Positions 1-8,662 of a stretch of DNA of 37,030 bases are shown here, in pieces (positions within the stretch are counted from its first letter, which is position 1; each line of letters opens with the position of its first letter). The notes beneath the pieces are model-generated. The model saw only the letters and a program-made list of their open reading frames with translations, was not told where the DNA came from and did not search any database. The DNA is from Betaproteobacteria bacterium (lineage in GTDB: Bacteria > Pseudomonadota > Gammaproteobacteria > Burkholderiales > Burkholderiaceae_C). The stretch covers positions 1 through 37,030 of the forward strand of contig JANLZT010000135.1 in assembly GCA_031366465.1 (NCBI GenBank), in the 5' to 3' direction. The position numbers and the translations under genes are program-made.

Positions 1-1
1 C

Positions 2-526
2 GGCTGCGGCCTGGCCCTGGCCAGCCTGGTGGGCCACCGGCGCGGTGCGGATGTCACTGCCAGCGATTGCCACCCCCTGGCGAGTGCCTTCCTGACCGAG
101 AACCTGCGCCTGAACGGCCTGCTGCCGATGAAGTACCGGCACGGCCAATGGGGTGGGCCGTCGGGCGGCGAGCTTGACGGTCTGGAGGCTTCGCAGCCAG
201 GCGCGGCCCTGCCGGTGCGCGGCCTGTTTGACCTGATCATCGGCAGTGACCTGCTCTACGAGCGCGACGAGTTGGGTGGCCTGGCCAGCTTCATCTGCCG
301 CCATGCGGCCCAGGCCGCCGAGGTCTGGATCGTCGATCCGGACCGTGGCAACCGGCCCCGCTTCAACCGGCAGATGAGCTTGCGCGGCTTTGTACCCACC
401 GAAGCCGGCCTGCAACTGTGGGTGCCGCCTGGCTTGGCGCTGCCCAAGACCTACAAGGGGCGCTTGCTGGTCTACCGGCGGGCTGCGGCCAGCGCCGGTG
501 CAGCGCCGGCCGTGGCGGCGGCCTGA
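2..526 (+). CDS. Class I SAM-dependent methyltransferase (METTL21/Methyltransf_16-like), 5' truncated by window edge
   Basis: Frame from base 2 reads GCGLALASL (motif I tail), then ADVTASD and FDLIIGSDLLYE motifs; stop at 524-526. Confidence 0.8.
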   Translation, partial: GCGLALASLVGHRRGADVTASDCHPLASAFLTENLRLNGLLPMKYRHGQWGGPSGGELDGLEASQPGAALPVRGLFDLIIGSDLLYERDELGGLASFICRHAAQAAEVWIVDPDRGNRPRFNRQMSLRGFVPTEAGLQLWVPPGLALPKTYKGRLLVYRRAAASAGAAPAVAAA

Positions 527-562
527 GGCCACGCCGACGCCACTGCCGGCGCATGCTGGGCC

Positions 563-1123
563 TCAAATCACGCCCAGCATGCCCACCGCCGCGCCCAGCG
601 CCACCAGCCACATCGGGCTGATACGGGTGCGCACCGACAGTGCCACGGTGGCGGCCACCAGCGCCCAGGCCGCTGGCTGTTGCCGGCTGGGCGACAGCAG
701 CACCCAGCCGGTGGACAGCAGCAGGCCCAGGGTGAGCGGGGTCAGCCCGGCGGTGAAGGCCCGCATGGCGCGGCTGTCGGCCCGGCGTTGCCGCAGCCGG
801 CCCACCCACCAGGCGACGAGGGACGACGGCCCCATGATGCCCAGCAAGGTGGCCAGCACGCCGGCCAAGCCGGCCACATGCCAGCCCATCACCGCCACGA
901 ACAGGATGTTGGGGCCCGGTGCGGCCTGGGCAATCGCCACCCCGGTGGTGAACTGGGCGTCGCTCATCCAGCCTTGCTGGGCCACCAGGTAGCGCTGCAT
1001 GTCGGGCGCGGTGGTGATCGCGCCACCCACCGCCAACATCGACAGCAGCATGAAATGCAGCCACAGGTGCAGCAGCTCGGGCCAGCCCAGGCCATGGCTG
1101 GACAACAAATCAGTCGGGTTCAT
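563..1123 (-). CDS. chrA: Chromate transporter, short-chain ChrA family (second member of pair)
   Basis: ATG at 1123 overlaps upstream stop (ATGA); AVGGA and AQAAPGPN signatures; hydrophobic; true start lies inside ORF 563..1678. Confidence 0.85.
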   Translation of the reverse strand: MNPTDLLSSHGLGWPELLHLWLHFMLLSMLAVGGAITTAPDMQRYLVAQQGWMSDAQFTTGVAIAQAAPGPNILFVAVMGWHVAGLAGVLATLLGIMGPSSLVAWWVGRLRQRRADSRAMRAFTAGLTPLTLGLLLSTGWVLLSPSRQQPAAWALVAATVALSVRTRISPMWLVALGAAVGMLGVI

Positions 1124-1743
1124 CCGGGCCCCGGGCCGGCGCCGGCCTGCCGCGCCAGGCCGCGCCAGGCCGCTGCCATGCCCAGCGACCCCAGCCCCAG
1201 TACCACCCCCACCATGGGCCAGCGCAGTCCGCCCACCATCACCGCCGTGGCCAGGCCGAGTGCCGCGCACAGCCCCAGCCCCAGCGGCTTGCCTTTGAGC
1301 GTGCGCGCCAGTTTCACCGCTGTGCCTATCACCAGCCCGGCCGCCACCACGCCGATGCCCCGCAAGGCGCCCGCCACCAGCGCATTGCCGGCGTAATGCT
1401 GGTAGGCGATGGTCAGCCCCAGCACAATCAGCAGCGGCAGCAGCAGCAGGCCGGCCACCGCCACCAGCGCGCCGCGCCAGCCAAAGAAGCGGTCGCCCAG
1501 GATGATCGACAGATTGATGATGTTGGGCCCCGGCAGCACCTGGCCGAGGGTCAGCAACTCGACAAACTGCTGCGGGCTCAGCCAGCGCTGGCGCTCCACC
1601 AGCTCGCGGTGCGCCACCGGCAGCACGCCGCCAAAGCCCTGCAGTGCCAGCCGGTTGAAGGCCCACCACAGCGCCCACAACGACGGCGGCCGGCGCAGCG
1701 GCAGGTCGACCGCAGGTCCAGGCTCAGGCATGGGCTCAGGCAT
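1120..1743 (-). CDS. chrA: Chromate transporter, short-chain ChrA family (first member of pair)
   Basis: QGFGG and GQVLPGPN signatures; start uncertain (GTG 1755, ATG 1743 or ATG 1731). Confidence 0.85.
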   Translation of the reverse strand: MPEPMPEPGPAVDLPLRRPPSLWALWWAFNRLALQGFGGVLPVAHRELVERQRWLSPQQFVELLTLGQVLPGPNIINLSIILGDRFFGWRGALVAVAGLLLLPLLIVLGLTIAYQHYAGNALVAGALRGIGVVAAGLVIGTAVKLARTLKGKPLGLGLCAALGLATAVMVGGLRWPMVGVVLGLGSLGMAAAWRGLARQAGAGPGPG

Positions 1744-3007
1744 GGGCCGGTTCACGCTGGATCGCCCCGGCGGCCCAGACGCTCAGCCCGATCGCTGCCA
1801 GCATCCAGGCCAGCCCCACCCAGTGCAGCCCGCCGTAGCCGCTGCGGGCCACCATCAGCCCGCCGCTGGACGCCCCCAGCGCCTGGCCCGCATACAGCGC
1901 CGACGAGTTGAGCGCGATCAGCGCTGGCGCCAGCCCCGGCGCGGCCATGCCCAGGCGGGCCTGCTGGGCTGAATTGGCGGCAAAGCAGCCCAGCGCCCAG
2001 GGTGTTAGCACCAGGGCCATCCAGGCCAGGCTGCTGCCCAGCGGCCAGGCCAGCAAGGACAAAGCCATCGCCGCCTGCAGCCAGCCCACCGCGCGGGCCG
2101 CGCCCAACCTGTCGATGTGCCGCGACACCCACAGATTGCCCAGCACACCGACCGCGCCAAACCACAGGAACAGCGCGCTCACCCCGGCCGGCCCGGCCCC
2201 CAGCACCAGCCGGTAGTAGGGCGCCAGGTAGGCCGACAGCGTGAACTGCCCGGCGGCGCTGAGCGCTGTGACCCCGATGATGGCCAGCAGCGCCGGCCGC
2301 CGCGCCACCTGGCGCCAGTCGGCGCGCGACAAGGCCGGCGGCCGGATTCCGTCGGGCAGCGCCCGCCAGACCCAGATGGCGGCGACCAGCGACAGCAGCG
2401 CCACGCCGTTGAAGGCCCAGCGCCAGCCCAGGGTTTCGGCCAGCCAGGCGCCGATCGGCATGCCCAGCACCGATGCCAGTGACCAGCCCAGAAAGATGTG
2501 GGTGATCACCCGCCCGCGCTGGGCGGCGGGGGCCATCAGGCTGATGGCCGCCGCTGCCTGCGGCGTGAACACCGCCGCACCCAGCACCGACAGCAGGCGC
2601 ACCGGCAGCAGCAGGCCCAGGCTGGGCGTCAGCGCGGCCAGCAGGTGGCCGACGGCAAACCACAGCAGCGACGCCGCCAGCAGCCGGCGCCGGTCATACC
2701 CGGCCACCACGGCGGCCATCAAGGGTGCACTCAGGGCCAGCGCCAGGCAAGCGGCGGTGATCAGTTGCCCGGCGGCCGGCACGCTGACCTGCAGCGAGTG
2801 GGCCAGGTCATTGAGCGTGGCGATCACCACCATCACGCCGCAGCCGATGCAGAAGTTGCCAAACAGCAGGGCCCGGCAGGCCTTGGCGAGTGCGGCCGGC
2901 GTAGCGGGGATACCGGGCGTAACGGGCGTAACGGGCGTAACGGGCGTAACGGGCGTAACGGGCGGGGCCGGGATCATGCTGCCAGCGCCCGCCGCTGGCG
3001 CACTCAC
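1736..3007 (-). CDS. MFS transporter (DHA1/NepI-like efflux family)
   Basis: About 12 hydrophobic segments; YDRRRLL loop, QRGR, LGWRWAF motifs; GTG start overlaps upstream stop (GTGA). Confidence 0.85.
   Translation of the reverse strand: MSAPAAGAGSMIPAPPVTPVTPVTPVTPVTPGIPATPAALAKACRALLFGNFCIGCGVMVVIATLNDLAHSLQVSVPAAGQLITAACLALALSAPLMAAVVAGYDRRRLLAASLLWFAVGHLLAALTPSLGLLLPVRLLSVLGAAVFTPQAAAAISLMAPAAQRGRVITHIFLGWSLASVLGMPIGAWLAETLGWRWAFNGVALLSLVAAIWVWRALPDGIRPPALSRADWRQVARRPALLAIIGVTALSAAGQFTLSAYLAPYYRLVLGAGPAGVSALFLWFGAVGVLGNLWVSRHIDRLGAARAVGWLQAAMALSLLAWPLGSSLAWMALVLTPWALGCFAANSAQQARLGMAAPGLAPALIALNSSALYAGQALGASSGGLMVARSGYGGLHWVGLAWMLAAIGLSVWAAGAIQREPAHA
2914..2964. repeat. 9-bp tandem repeat CGGGCGTAA x5.7 encoding (PVT)5 in the MFS N-terminus
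   Basis: Five perfect copies 2914-2958 plus partial CGGGCG. Confidence 0.95.
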
Positions 3008-4011
3008 CGGATCACCTTGAGTGCTTCCGGGTTGACGATATTGCTGGGCTGCTTGGCGATGAAATTGATGACGTTCTCAAATGCCGCGCCGAAGTACATC
3101 TCGTAGCTGTCTTGCTCGACATAGCCGATGTGCGGGGTGCAGATGGCGTTTTCCAGGCGCAGCAGCGGGTGGCCCTGCAGGATCGGCTCGGTCTCGAACA
3201 CATCCACCGCCGCCAGCCCGGGCCGGCCCTTGTTGAGCGCCGACACCAGCGCGTTGTCCTCCACCAGTTCGGCCCGCGATGTGTTGACAAACAGCGCCGT
3301 GGGCTTCATGCGGGCCAGGTCTTCCAGTTGCACGATGGCGCGGGTCTGATCGTTCAGGCGCAGGTGCACCGACAACACATCGCAGGCTTCGAAAAACGCA
3401 TCGCGGCTGGCCGCCACGCCGTGGCCGTCGGCCTGGGCCCGTTGGCGCGAGGCCTGGCTGCCCCAGACCACCACCTCCATGCCAAAGGCCCGGCCATAGC
3501 CGGCCACCAACTGGCCGATCTTGCCGTAGCCCCAAATCCCCAGGCTGCGGCCACGCAGCACCAGGCCGAGGCCAAAGTTGGCCGGCATCGACGCCGCCTT
3601 GAGCCCGCTTTGCTGCCAGGCGCCGTGCTTCAAATTGCCGATGTACTGCGGCAGGCGCCGCATCGCGGCCATGATCAGGGCCCAGGTCAGCTCGGCAGCG
3701 GCCACCGGTGAGCCACTGCCGTCGGCCACCGCGATACCCAGCCGGGTGCAGGTGCCCAGGTCGATGTGGGCGCCGACCCGGCCGGTCTGGGCAATCAGCC
3801 GCAGCTTGGGCAGTTTTTCCAGCAGGGCCCGCGGAAACTGGGTGCGCTCGCGGATCAACACCAGCACCTCGGCCTCGCGCAGGCGCACCGCCAGCTGGCC
3901 GATGCCCTTGACGGTGTTGGTGAAGACCTTGGCGTTGTAGGGCTCCAGCCGTGCGGCGCAACGCAGCTTGCGCACGGCATCCTGGTAGTCGTCGAGGATG
4001 ATGATGTTCAT
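3004..4011 (-). CDS. D-2-hydroxyacid dehydrogenase family protein (SerA-like)
   Basis: MNIIILDDYQ start, GYGKIG Rossmann motif, VNTSRA, DVFETEP, TPHIG; alternative start at 4041. Confidence 0.9.
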   Translation of the reverse strand: MNIIILDDYQDAVRKLRCAARLEPYNAKVFTNTVKGIGQLAVRLREAEVLVLIRERTQFPRALLEKLPKLRLIAQTGRVGAHIDLGTCTRLGIAVADGSGSPVAAAELTWALIMAAMRRLPQYIGNLKHGAWQQSGLKAASMPANFGLGLVLRGRSLGIWGYGKIGQLVAGYGRAFGMEVVVWGSQASRQRAQADGHGVAASRDAFFEACDVLSVHLRLNDQTRAIVQLEDLARMKPTALFVNTSRAELVEDNALVSALNKGRPGLAAVDVFETEPILQGHPLLRLENAICTPHIGYVEQDSYEMYFGAAFENVINFIAKQPSNIVNPEALKVIR

Positions 4012-4110
4012 GGTCGCTGGGGATTGTGCCGCGTCGGACATGGCAGGCCGCAGGCGGCTAGCATCGCGCCAGACCACCCGCCCGGGTGGCCGCAACAGCT
4101 TGGAGACCTC

Positions 4111-4620
4111 ATGACGATTTCAATGTATTCGGCCAGTGTGCCGGTGTTGCAGCGCCAGCTTGGCGCGGTGCTCAACTGGCTGGACAAGGCCGAGGCCCAT
4201 GCCACGGCGCGCAAGTTCGACACCGCCAACTACCTGACGCTTCGGCTGGCGCCCGACATGCTGCCCTTTGTGGCCCAGATCCGCATCGCCAGTGACGCCG
4301 CCAAGGGCTGCGTGGCCCGCCTGGCCGGCCAGGAGTCACCCAAGTTCGAGGACAACGAGGCCAGCTTTGCCGACCTGCGCGAGCGGGTGCAAAAGACCCT
4401 GGCCTACATCGAAACGGTGCCGGCCTCGGCCATCGAGGGCAGCGAGGGGCGGGCCATCACCATCCCGATGCGCAACCGCGATGCGCTGCAGTTCACCGGC
4501 GAGGTGTTCCTGCGGCATTTCGCGCTGCCCAACTTCTTCTTCCACATCACCATGGCCTATGCGCTGCTGCGCCATGCCGGGGTGGAGCTGGGCAAGGGTG
4601 ATTTTCTGGCCGCGGCCTGA
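4111..4620 (+). CDS. DUF1993 family protein (DinB-like fold)
   Basis: GGAG RBS then ATG 4111; RLAPDMLPF, LPNFFFHITMAYALLRH and GKGDF motifs. Confidence 0.85.
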   Translation: MTISMYSASVPVLQRQLGAVLNWLDKAEAHATARKFDTANYLTLRLAPDMLPFVAQIRIASDAAKGCVARLAGQESPKFEDNEASFADLRERVQKTLAYIETVPASAIEGSEGRAITIPMRNRDALQFTGEVFLRHFALPNFFFHITMAYALLRHAGVELGKGDFLAAA

Positions 4621-4692
4621 ACAGGCAGCCCCGGGCGCGGGAAAACGCTGTAACAACGGCCGGTGGCAGGTGCCCGCTGCCAGCCGCTCAGG

Positions 4693-4709
4693 TGTCCGAT
4701 CTCGCAACA
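4693..4709. promoter_or_regulatory. Putative enhancer (UAS) for sigma54 activator, TGTCCGATCTCGCAACA
   Basis: 17-bp TGT-N11-ACA dyad about 100 bp upstream of the -24 element; same length and shape as sites at 8413 and 8446. Confidence 0.5.
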
Positions 4710-4766
4710 CTCAGGCCCCCACCCGGGCCCCGGGAAAACCGCCATTTCGGCGCACATTGCCTGAGA

Positions 4767-4779
4767 AATCAATGCGTTA
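4767..4779 (+). promoter_or_regulatory. IHF binding site AATCAATGCGTTA
   Basis: Exact match to WATCAANNNNTTR, located between putative UAS and sigma54 promoter. Confidence 0.7.
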
Positions 4780-4807
4780 GCGCGGGCAGGCTGAGCCACC
4801 CTGATGA

Positions 4808-4823
4808 CGGCACAGCGGTTGCA
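4808..4823 (+). promoter_or_regulatory. Sigma54 (-24/-12) promoter CGGCACAGCGGTTGCA of adh operon
   Basis: GG(4809-10)-N10-GC(4821-22) with GGCAC and TTGCA; about 67 bp upstream of adh ATG. Confidence 0.8.
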
Positions 4824-4889
4824 AAGGTGTCAGCCAGAGTGTCGGAGCGCATCGCTCCCACGCGCTGGTGAAACCCCTGGAGACCTGCC

Positions 4890-5933
4890 ATGAAAGCCGC
4901 TGTGCTGCACCACTACAACGAGTCGCTCAGTGGCGATGGCTTTGTGGTCTACGAGGACGTGCCCGATCCCAAGATCGAAAGCCCGACCGATGTGATCGTT
5001 CGCATCGGCGGCGCCGGCGTCTGCCGCACCGACCTGCATGTGGTCGAGGGCATCTGGCGCAGCAAGGTCGACGTCAAGCTTCCCTACATCATGGGCCACG
5101 AGAACGCCGGCTGGGTCGAGGCCATGGGCAGCGCCGTCACCGGCCTGAAGGTGGGCGATGCGGTGATCTGCCACCCCTTGGTGACCAGTGGCCACTGCCT
5201 GGCCTGCCGCCGTGGCGACGACATGCATGCCGAAGACAGCCGCTTCCCAGGCATCAATGCCGACGGCGGCTATGCCGAGTACCTGCGCACCGGCCAGCGC
5301 TCGCTGATCAAATTGCCCAAGACCCTGGCGCCCAAGGACGTGGCGCCCTACACCGACGCCGGGCTCACCGCCTACCGGGCCGCCAAAAAGGCCTCTCGCC
5401 ACCTGCTGCCGGGTGAATACGCGGTGGTGATCGGCGCCGGCGGCCTGGGCCACATCGGCATCCAGGTGCTGGCAGCGCTGTGCGCGGCCGAGATCATCAT
5501 CGTCGACAAGTCCGACATGGCGCTTCAGCTCGCCAAGGAGTGCGGCGCCCATCATTTGGTCAAGGCCGACGGCAACCAGGTGGCTCAGGTGCTCGAGCTC
5601 ACCCACGGCAAGGGCGCCGAGGCGGTGATCGACTTTGTCGGCGAGGGCGAGGCCATCACCCAGGGCCTGGCGATGACCCGCAACGCCGGCAGCTACTACA
5701 TCGTCGGCTACGGCGGCAAGATTGAGCTGCCATCCATCGACCTGATCACCAGCGAGAAAAACATCATCGGCAACCTGGTCGGCACCTACCCCGAGCTGGT
5801 CGAGTTGATGGCCCTGGCCGACCGCGGCCTGGTCCACCTGGCCACCCGCGAATATCGGTTGAAGGATGCCAACCAGGCCTTGCTCGACCTGCACCACGGC
5901 AAGATCAAAGGCCGCGCGGTGCTGATCCCCTGA
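4890..5933 (+). CDS. adh: Zn-dependent NAD-linked (secondary) alcohol dehydrogenase, MDR family
   Basis: [22 protein letters not shown] (Asp third ligand), GAGGLG, VDK; GGAG RBS. Confidence 0.9.
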   Translation: MKAAVLHHYNESLSGDGFVVYEDVPDPKIESPTDVIVRIGGAGVCRTDLHVVEGIWRSKVDVKLPYIMGHENAGWVEAMGSAVTGLKVGDAVICHPLVTSGHCLACRRGDDMHAEDSRFPGINADGGYAEYLRTGQRSLIKLPKTLAPKDVAPYTDAGLTAYRAAKKASRHLLPGEYAVVIGAGGLGHIGIQVLAALCAAEIIIVDKSDMALQLAKECGAHHLVKADGNQVAQVLELTHGKGAEAVIDFVGEGEAITQGLAMTRNAGSYYIVGYGGKIELPSIDLITSEKNIIGNLVGTYPELVELMALADRGLVHLATREYRLKDANQALLDLHHGKIKGRAVLIP

Positions 5934-6040
5934 GCCGTCGATTCGATCAGCGGCCAACCCCGGCCAACAGCGACCAAGCGCGGCAGCGACCGACCGCCGC
6001 CACACGCAGCAACAGTGGGCAGACCAGGCAAGGGGCCTTG

Positions 6041-7054
6041 ATGGCATTGATTCCAGTGACGGTGTTGACCGGCTTCCTCGGTGCAGGCAAGACGACGCTG
6101 CTCAACCGGCTGCTGCACGGCACCGCCGGCAAGCGCTACGCGGTGATCGTCAACGAGATCGGCGAGCTGGGTATTGACGGCGCGTTGGTGATCGGTGCCG
6201 AGGAGGAGGTCTACGAGCTCAACAACGGCTGTGTCTGTTGCAAGCTGCGCGGTGACCTGCTGCGCATTGCCAGCCACCTGGTGCGTCGAGTGGGCGGCTT
6301 TGACGGCATCGTGATCGAAACCAGCGGCCTGGCGGACCCGGCGCCGGTGCTGCAAACCTTCCAGTTTGACGACCTGCTGCGCCAGACCACGCGGCTGGAC
6401 AGCGTGATCTGCGTGGCCGATGCGCGCCACCTGGCCGCGCAGTTGCATGATTTTCCAGAGGCCCAAGCGCAACTCGCGCAAGCCGATCTGGTGTTGTTGA
6501 ACAAGGCCGATCTGGCCGATGAGGCGATGTTGGGCGATGCCGAACGCTGCGTGCTGCGCATCAACCCGACGGCCACGGTGCAACGTTCGGTCCAAGGTGA
6601 TATCCCCTTGGCGCAGTTGCTGGACCGTGGCGCGTTTGACAACAGCCGCTTGCAGGTGCCGGCCTTGCGGCTGGGCGCGGCGCCGGCTGGGCCGCGTGGT
6701 CATGTCTATCGGCCCACCGGCGCGGCAAGTCACAGCCCGGATGTGGCCAGCGTGAGCCTGTCCTTTGAGCGGCCGTTTGATCGCAGCCGGTTTCTGCCCT
6801 GGCTGCAGCGCCTGGTGGCCGAGCGCGGGGCCGACCTGCTGCGCGCCAAGGGCATCGTCGCCTTTGAAGGCCAGGACCGGCGCTTCGTCTTCCAGGCGGT
6901 GCACATGACGGTTGACAGCGGTTTCGATCAGCCCTGGGCTGCCGGCCAGCCGCGTGAAACCCGGCTGGTGTTCATCGGTCGACACCTGCAGGCCGACGAT
7001 CTGCGGGGCGAGTTGCTGCATTGCCTGGCCGAGCCCAGCGAGCAAGCCGCATGA
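6041..7054 (+). CDS. COG0523/CobW family G3E GTPase metallochaperone
   Basis: GFLGAGKTT Walker A, NEIGE, GCVCC, IETSG, NKAD and CobW_C LLRAKG...FQAVH. Confidence 0.92.
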   Translation: MALIPVTVLTGFLGAGKTTLLNRLLHGTAGKRYAVIVNEIGELGIDGALVIGAEEEVYELNNGCVCCKLRGDLLRIASHLVRRVGGFDGIVIETSGLADPAPVLQTFQFDDLLRQTTRLDSVICVADARHLAAQLHDFPEAQAQLAQADLVLLNKADLADEAMLGDAERCVLRINPTATVQRSVQGDIPLAQLLDRGAFDNSRLQVPALRLGAAPAGPRGHVYRPTGAASHSPDVASVSLSFERPFDRSRFLPWLQRLVAERGADLLRAKGIVAFEGQDRRFVFQAVHMTVDSGFDQPWAAGQPRETRLVFIGRHLQADDLRGELLHCLAEPSEQAA

Positions 7055-8169
7055 ACGCCCCCCCGCCGCTGCTGGAATTGCTGGGCGCCTGCTGGAAGTA
7101 CAGCACGCCGGTGGTCGCGCTGGCCTGGAGTGGCGACGGCAATGCCGTGGCCTTTGCACAAGGCGATGGCCACCTGGCGCTGGTGGACGCCCAATGGCCG
7201 CGCGGCCCACGCCTGACGCCCAGGCCCGAAGGGGGCATTGAGGTGGTGCCGGCCGAAGTGCCGGCGCACCGGCCGCTTCGCGCGGCCTGCCACCAGGGCA
7301 GCAGCCTGTGCATTGCGGCTGACACCGAGGGCGGCTTCATCTCCGGCGGTGACGACGGGCGGCTGGTGCAGGTGCCCAAGGCCGGCAACCCAGCGGTGTT
7401 GGCGACTGCGCCGGGTGCCTGGATCGAGGCCTTGGTCAGCAGCCGCAGCGGCGCGCTGGCCTACGCACTGGGCCGCCAGGTGATCCGCCGAACAGCCAGC
7501 GGATCATCGCAGCTCGACCTGCCCGCACCGGCCCTGGACCTGGCCTTCAGCCCGGACGGCCAATGCCTGGCGGCGGCCCACAGCGACGGCGTGACGCTCT
7601 GGCCTGCGCAGGGGCCGACCCGGCGCCTGCCCTGGCGCGGCTACCACCGCAGCCTGGCCTGGAGTCCGGATGGTGTCTACCTGGTTGCCGGCATGCAAGA
7701 AAACGCCCTGCATGGCTGGCGGGTGGCTGACGGCGGCGACATCGAGATGGGCGGCTACCCGGGCCAGCCCTTGTCGCTGTCATTTGCCCACGATGGCCAG
7801 TTCCTGGCCACCAGTGGCGGCACGCGGCCAGTGTGCTGGGGCTTTGATCCACCCGGCCAGACCGGCCAGCCGGTCGAATGTGGCATTCCCAGCCGCACGC
7901 CGGTCAGTTGCGTTAGCTGCCACCCGCGCCAACACCTGGTGGCCGCCGGCTACATCAACGGTGCGGTGCTGCTGTGTCGGCCCGGCAGCGACGAGGGCTT
8001 GTTCATCAAAGGCGCGGGCGGCGGTGCGGTGACCGGGCTGGTCTGGTCTGCCGACGGCGCCAAGCTGGCCTTTGGCACCCAGGACGGCGTGCTGGCCTGG
8101 ATCGGACTGCCAGATGCCCTGTTTGTCGCCCGTGGCCCATCCCGGGCCAGCCAACTTACCCCCCACTGA
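7051..8169 (+). CDS. WD40-repeat beta-propeller protein
   Basis: Repeated [28 protein letters not shown] units; ATG 7051 overlaps the CobW stop (ATGA). Confidence 0.85.
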   Translation: MNAPPPLLELLGACWKYSTPVVALAWSGDGNAVAFAQGDGHLALVDAQWPRGPRLTPRPEGGIEVVPAEVPAHRPLRAACHQGSSLCIAADTEGGFISGGDDGRLVQVPKAGNPAVLATAPGAWIEALVSSRSGALAYALGRQVIRRTASGSSQLDLPAPALDLAFSPDGQCLAAAHSDGVTLWPAQGPTRRLPWRGYHRSLAWSPDGVYLVAGMQENALHGWRVADGGDIEMGGYPGQPLSLSFAHDGQFLATSGGTRPVCWGFDPPGQTGQPVECGIPSRTPVSCVSCHPRQHLVAAGYINGAVLLCRPGSDEGLFIKGAGGGAVTGLVWSADGAKLAFGTQDGVLAWIGLPDALFVARGPSRASQLTPH

Positions 8170-8182
8170 GAAAGGTCAGACC

Positions 8183-8374
8183 ATGAGCGACCCGGAATCG
8201 GCCAGCAAGGACGCTTTTTTTGAGCAGCTGGCGACTTTGTCAAATGCAATGGTGACGGCCCACGGCAAAGACTTTGCAATGGGCGCATTGGTGCTCGCCG
8301 CACGCTTCATTGCCGAAGCCGAGGCCCGGCAGCGCTCTGCGGCCGACAGCAGCCCGGCGACGGCGCAGCCTTGA
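8183..8374 (+). CDS. Small helical hypothetical protein (63 aa)
   Basis: GAAAGG RBS, ATG 8183; MSDPESASKDAFFEQLATLSNAMVTAHGKDFAMGALVLAARFIAE..., amphipathic helices. Confidence 0.7.
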   Translation: MSDPESASKDAFFEQLATLSNAMVTAHGKDFAMGALVLAARFIAEAEARQRSAADSSPATAQP

Positions 8375-8412
8375 AGCAAACCGCCATGGAGCTTGAACCC
8401 CTTGCCCAGCGG

Positions 8413-8462
8413 CGTCCCAGGATCGGACGTTGGGCCACAGCGCTTCGTCCCAGAACACGACG
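8413..8462. promoter_or_regulatory. Tandem 17-bp dyad UAS sites CGTCCCAGGATCGGACG (8413-8429) and CGTCCCAGAACACGACG (8446-8462)
   Basis: Share CGTCCCAG...GACG; starts 33 bp apart (about 3 helical turns); 75-125 bp upstream of the sigma54 promoter. Confidence 0.65.
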
Positions 8463-8536
8463 GCGCACGGCGGCAAGCCCAAGGCGCCCAGGCGGTCAGC
8501 AGGGAGCGCAGTCTGGGCACTAGGGATTTGGAGCAA

Positions 8537-8552
8537 TGGCACAGGAATCGCT
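8537..8552 (+). promoter_or_regulatory. Sigma54 (-24/-12) promoter TGGCACAGGAATCGCT of monooxygenase operon
   Basis: TGGCAC plus GG(8538-39)-N10-GC(8550-51); 110 bp upstream of alpha subunit ATG. Confidence 0.75.
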
Positions 8553-8662
8553 ATATCAAACCAAGGGCGCAAGCCCGGAACCGCCAAGGCTGATGGCTTT
8601 GGCAGTGACCGCCCAGGCGGCACAGTGCAACGGTGTAACTGATCTCGCAAAGGAGACTTTCC

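Noticed and set aside
4630-4739. Imperfect direct repeat CCCGGGC..GGGAAAAC twice
   Set aside because: Short and GC-rich, with no counterpart at the other end of the cluster, so not supportable as an att site or target duplication
5951-6000. Roughly 10-bp periodic CGRCCAA-like units between adh and CobW
   Set aside because: Too degenerate; no spacers or dyad, not CRISPR-like
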